Made by a program: the position numbers and the translations under genes. Below the pieces are notes generated by a model. That model worked only from the letters and a program-made list of their open reading frames with translations, did no database searches and was not told the origin of the DNA. DNA of 64,000 bases from positions 57,834 to 121,833 of the forward strand of contig NIVC01003061.1 of NCBI GenBank assembly GCA_002269645.1, written 5' to 3'. Below, in pieces: positions 61,701 to 64,000 of the stretch. This DNA is from Macrostomum lignano (taxonomy: Eukaryota). Each line of letters begins with the position of its first letter. Position 1 is the first letter of the stretch.

Positions 61701-63975
61701 TGATATTCTATGCGAAACCAATAATCGTTTACTTTCCAGTGCTCGACCAAAAAACGTTTCAAACATGTTTCAAATCGCAACCAAAACACAGTGTCTGCCA
61801 TTCCGGGATCTTTTTGCAACTTTGACAACATTTCTGGCTCTTAGTTCTACATTGCTTTCATATTGCTCTGGCATCGATTCCCCAGGCATGCTGCAACTCT
61901 GGCCAATGTACATCTGCTGCCGATAGTGTCACGAAAAAATGAGGAAACACAAGCGTTCGAATCATGGCTTCCAATTGCCGTCCTTTACTCTGCCAATAAG
62001 CGCTTGTGCCTCGCAAATCTGATGCTCGAACTGAACGCTAGCCAATACTGCCGGGTCATTTTAGTGCTTCAATCATTTCCTTGGCACTTAATCCAGCATA
62101 CTTGTTGTCGTGTACAAACACGCGACCAACTTCCAGCGCCCTCCAACGCATCACCATATTTTCAATGTAAAATTTAAACCGCAAATCGGTACGAAATCTT
62201 GACACCGGAATTGCATCAAATGCTTTGCATAGTCGCCCAAACTTAGTCCAAAATTACGTGGCGTACTATAATCTCCTGCTCCATCCGGAAAGAGATGAGG
62301 ATAAGCCAATGTAAAATATCCTTCATCCTGAAATTCGTTTACCGGCTCGTTGCTTCTTGCTGGCCATTTCAATTTTTCACTCAAAAATTTGTCTCGTACT
62401 GCCGATTCCAATCGACGCAAAGGAGTCTCCAAACAGCGAACTAATTGTTTCCTCGAGCTCGTTCGTCTCGTCCGCATTTTTTCTACTTGTTGCTGCAATC
62501 GCTCAGCTCTGGCTGAGCCGCCTTCTTGCTGTGCCGCCTCGAAATTCACTTCATTTGTCAGACTGCATTTCGACAATCATACCTTCTACTTGATGAGCAT
62601 AACCATCTTCAGGCAGATGTAGCAACGCATCATTATTCATTGAAACCTGATACTGTCTAAAGTACTTGTTGTTTGCGCATTAAATAGCGCATCGCATTAG
62701 TCACTTTGTCGCGTCGAACTCGCAAATTGTTCATTGTGCCGCTTTGCGCTTCTCCAGGCTGAACACGGGCTCTTTCGTCGTACATTAAAACAACTGGCAG
62801 AGATCGTCTTGGCAGCTCTCGCAAAACGTGCGACTGATCTTGAGGCAACATGATTCCGTGTCCTCTCGATTTTGTTTGCTTTTGGGGAAAAAATTTGTAC
62901 CACAACAATAACCGACAAAACTGGCGAAATCAACATTTGCTCTGCTACACTCAAATCTTGCAAATCTTCTGCTGCTCCAACATCGGAATCGCATTGTTTT
63001 CTTGCTAAACGATTTCGGCTCATTGTCATCTCTGAAACAACGATCGCACATGTCTTCAGAATCGATGCTAAAATATTTTCCAGGAAACTTTTCCCTACAC
63101 ACGTAGCACTGTTTCAAATGTGATACTTTTGTTATGTTTTCATTGAAAAAGTCTTGCCTCATCTTTTTGAACTGGTCTGTGAACGGATTGCGAAGGCACT
63201 TTGGCAGATTAGGATCTCCGATTTCATCTTCAACAATTGGAGCATCTTGAGCGCTCTCTTCTGAAGTGCTGCTCTGCGGAACATTTTCTTTAGCTGGCTG
63301 CTGCTCCATTGTAGGCCGCTTTCTGGGTGACGAACGGATCGCTTCATCAGGCTTCTCCTGAGTAGCACGTGTCTTTCGTGGTGATGAATACGTAGAAGTA
63401 GCTGGAATATTATCAGACTGACGTTTATCTTGCTGCTCCTGCTGCAAAGGTGCCGTCTTCCTAGGCGACGATCGAACGGGTTCGCAGATATGATTTTCTG
63501 GCGTTTGTCAATCTCTGTTTCCGTGGTAAAGAATTTGCATAGTTGACCACTTGCTGCTGGTTTTTCAAACGCTCGCTGCGACGAGTAGGAGCACTTGGTA
63601 CAACGTCGCTCTTCTTTCTCGACCTCTTCCTTTTCCAAATGGCAAGAAACGCTTGAAACCGCCGAAACTGAGTCGCCACAACCGATGCAACTGCAACATG
63701 GTGCTCTCCGAGTGCCGACTGCTTCTTCTCAATAAGCTCTGACCAGATACACTAGAGGCTGCAACAGACACAGACTCTAATGTGTTTGCTTTAGCGCTCA
63801 GTCGACTACTCCGACGCGTAGCGCAACTTGCCTTCCCAACATCCTTTTTACGCCGACTGCGCCGCGGAACATTTGATGGCACGGACTCTGACACATGCCG
63901 ATCACTTTTAACTGACTCTGACACATGCTCAATTTCAACTGACTCTGCGCTATCCTCCCGCGTCAAGATCGACAT
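58762..63975 (-). mobile_element. Intronless Helitron2/Helentron-type RepHel (frameshifted) with C-terminal PIF1-family helicase
   Basis: N-terminal CYVC...CDRC and LSVAEQMLISP...LRVRRDKVTNAMRYL; Rep RIEYQSRGSPHVHGCIW (~61700) and YLIKYATKSE (~61190); helicase GSAGTGKS, IDEFSMLG, GDVFQLP, RQQFPLRLAWASTIHKSQGLT, YTAVSRVR. Stop at 58762. No APE domain seen. Confidence 0.92.
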
Positions 63976-64000
63976 TCAATTCCAGACAGAGTTGTTCCGA

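Overview
Eukaryotic (animal) genomic DNA with spliced genes, minisatellite-filled introns and nested decaying transposons. The style suggests a free-living flatworm such as Macrostomum; this is an inference and was not verified. The left third (1-19 kb) holds three intact-looking host genes that I reconstructed from splice sites: a FLYWCH zinc-finger protein (+), a C-type-lectin-domain type I membrane protein (-) and a VIP36/LMAN2-like L-type lectin (-). From about 19 kb onward the window is a transposon graveyard. It contains a Gypsy integrase remnant, a Penelope remnant with a decayed hammerhead ribozyme, and an I/Jockey-group LINE whose ORF1 region carries an AlkB-type 2OG-Fe(II) dioxygenase ahead of the Gag-like zinc knuckles. 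It also contains a MULE fragment, an intron-containing tyrosine-recombinase (Crypton-like) pseudogene, and three solo-LTR-like insertions with 4-bp target-site duplications. An intron-rich Helitron encodes RPA70-like OB folds plus an OTU-protease/Rep/helicase protein. A 5.6-kb 15-bp satellite separates it from a converging, intronless Helitron2/Helentron-type RepHel. The best novelty candidates are the AlkB-bearing LINE, the spliced tyrosine recombinase next to the RPA+OTU Helitron, and the two Helitron classes lying tail-to-tail. All family calls come from motif recognition by eye; no database searches were run.
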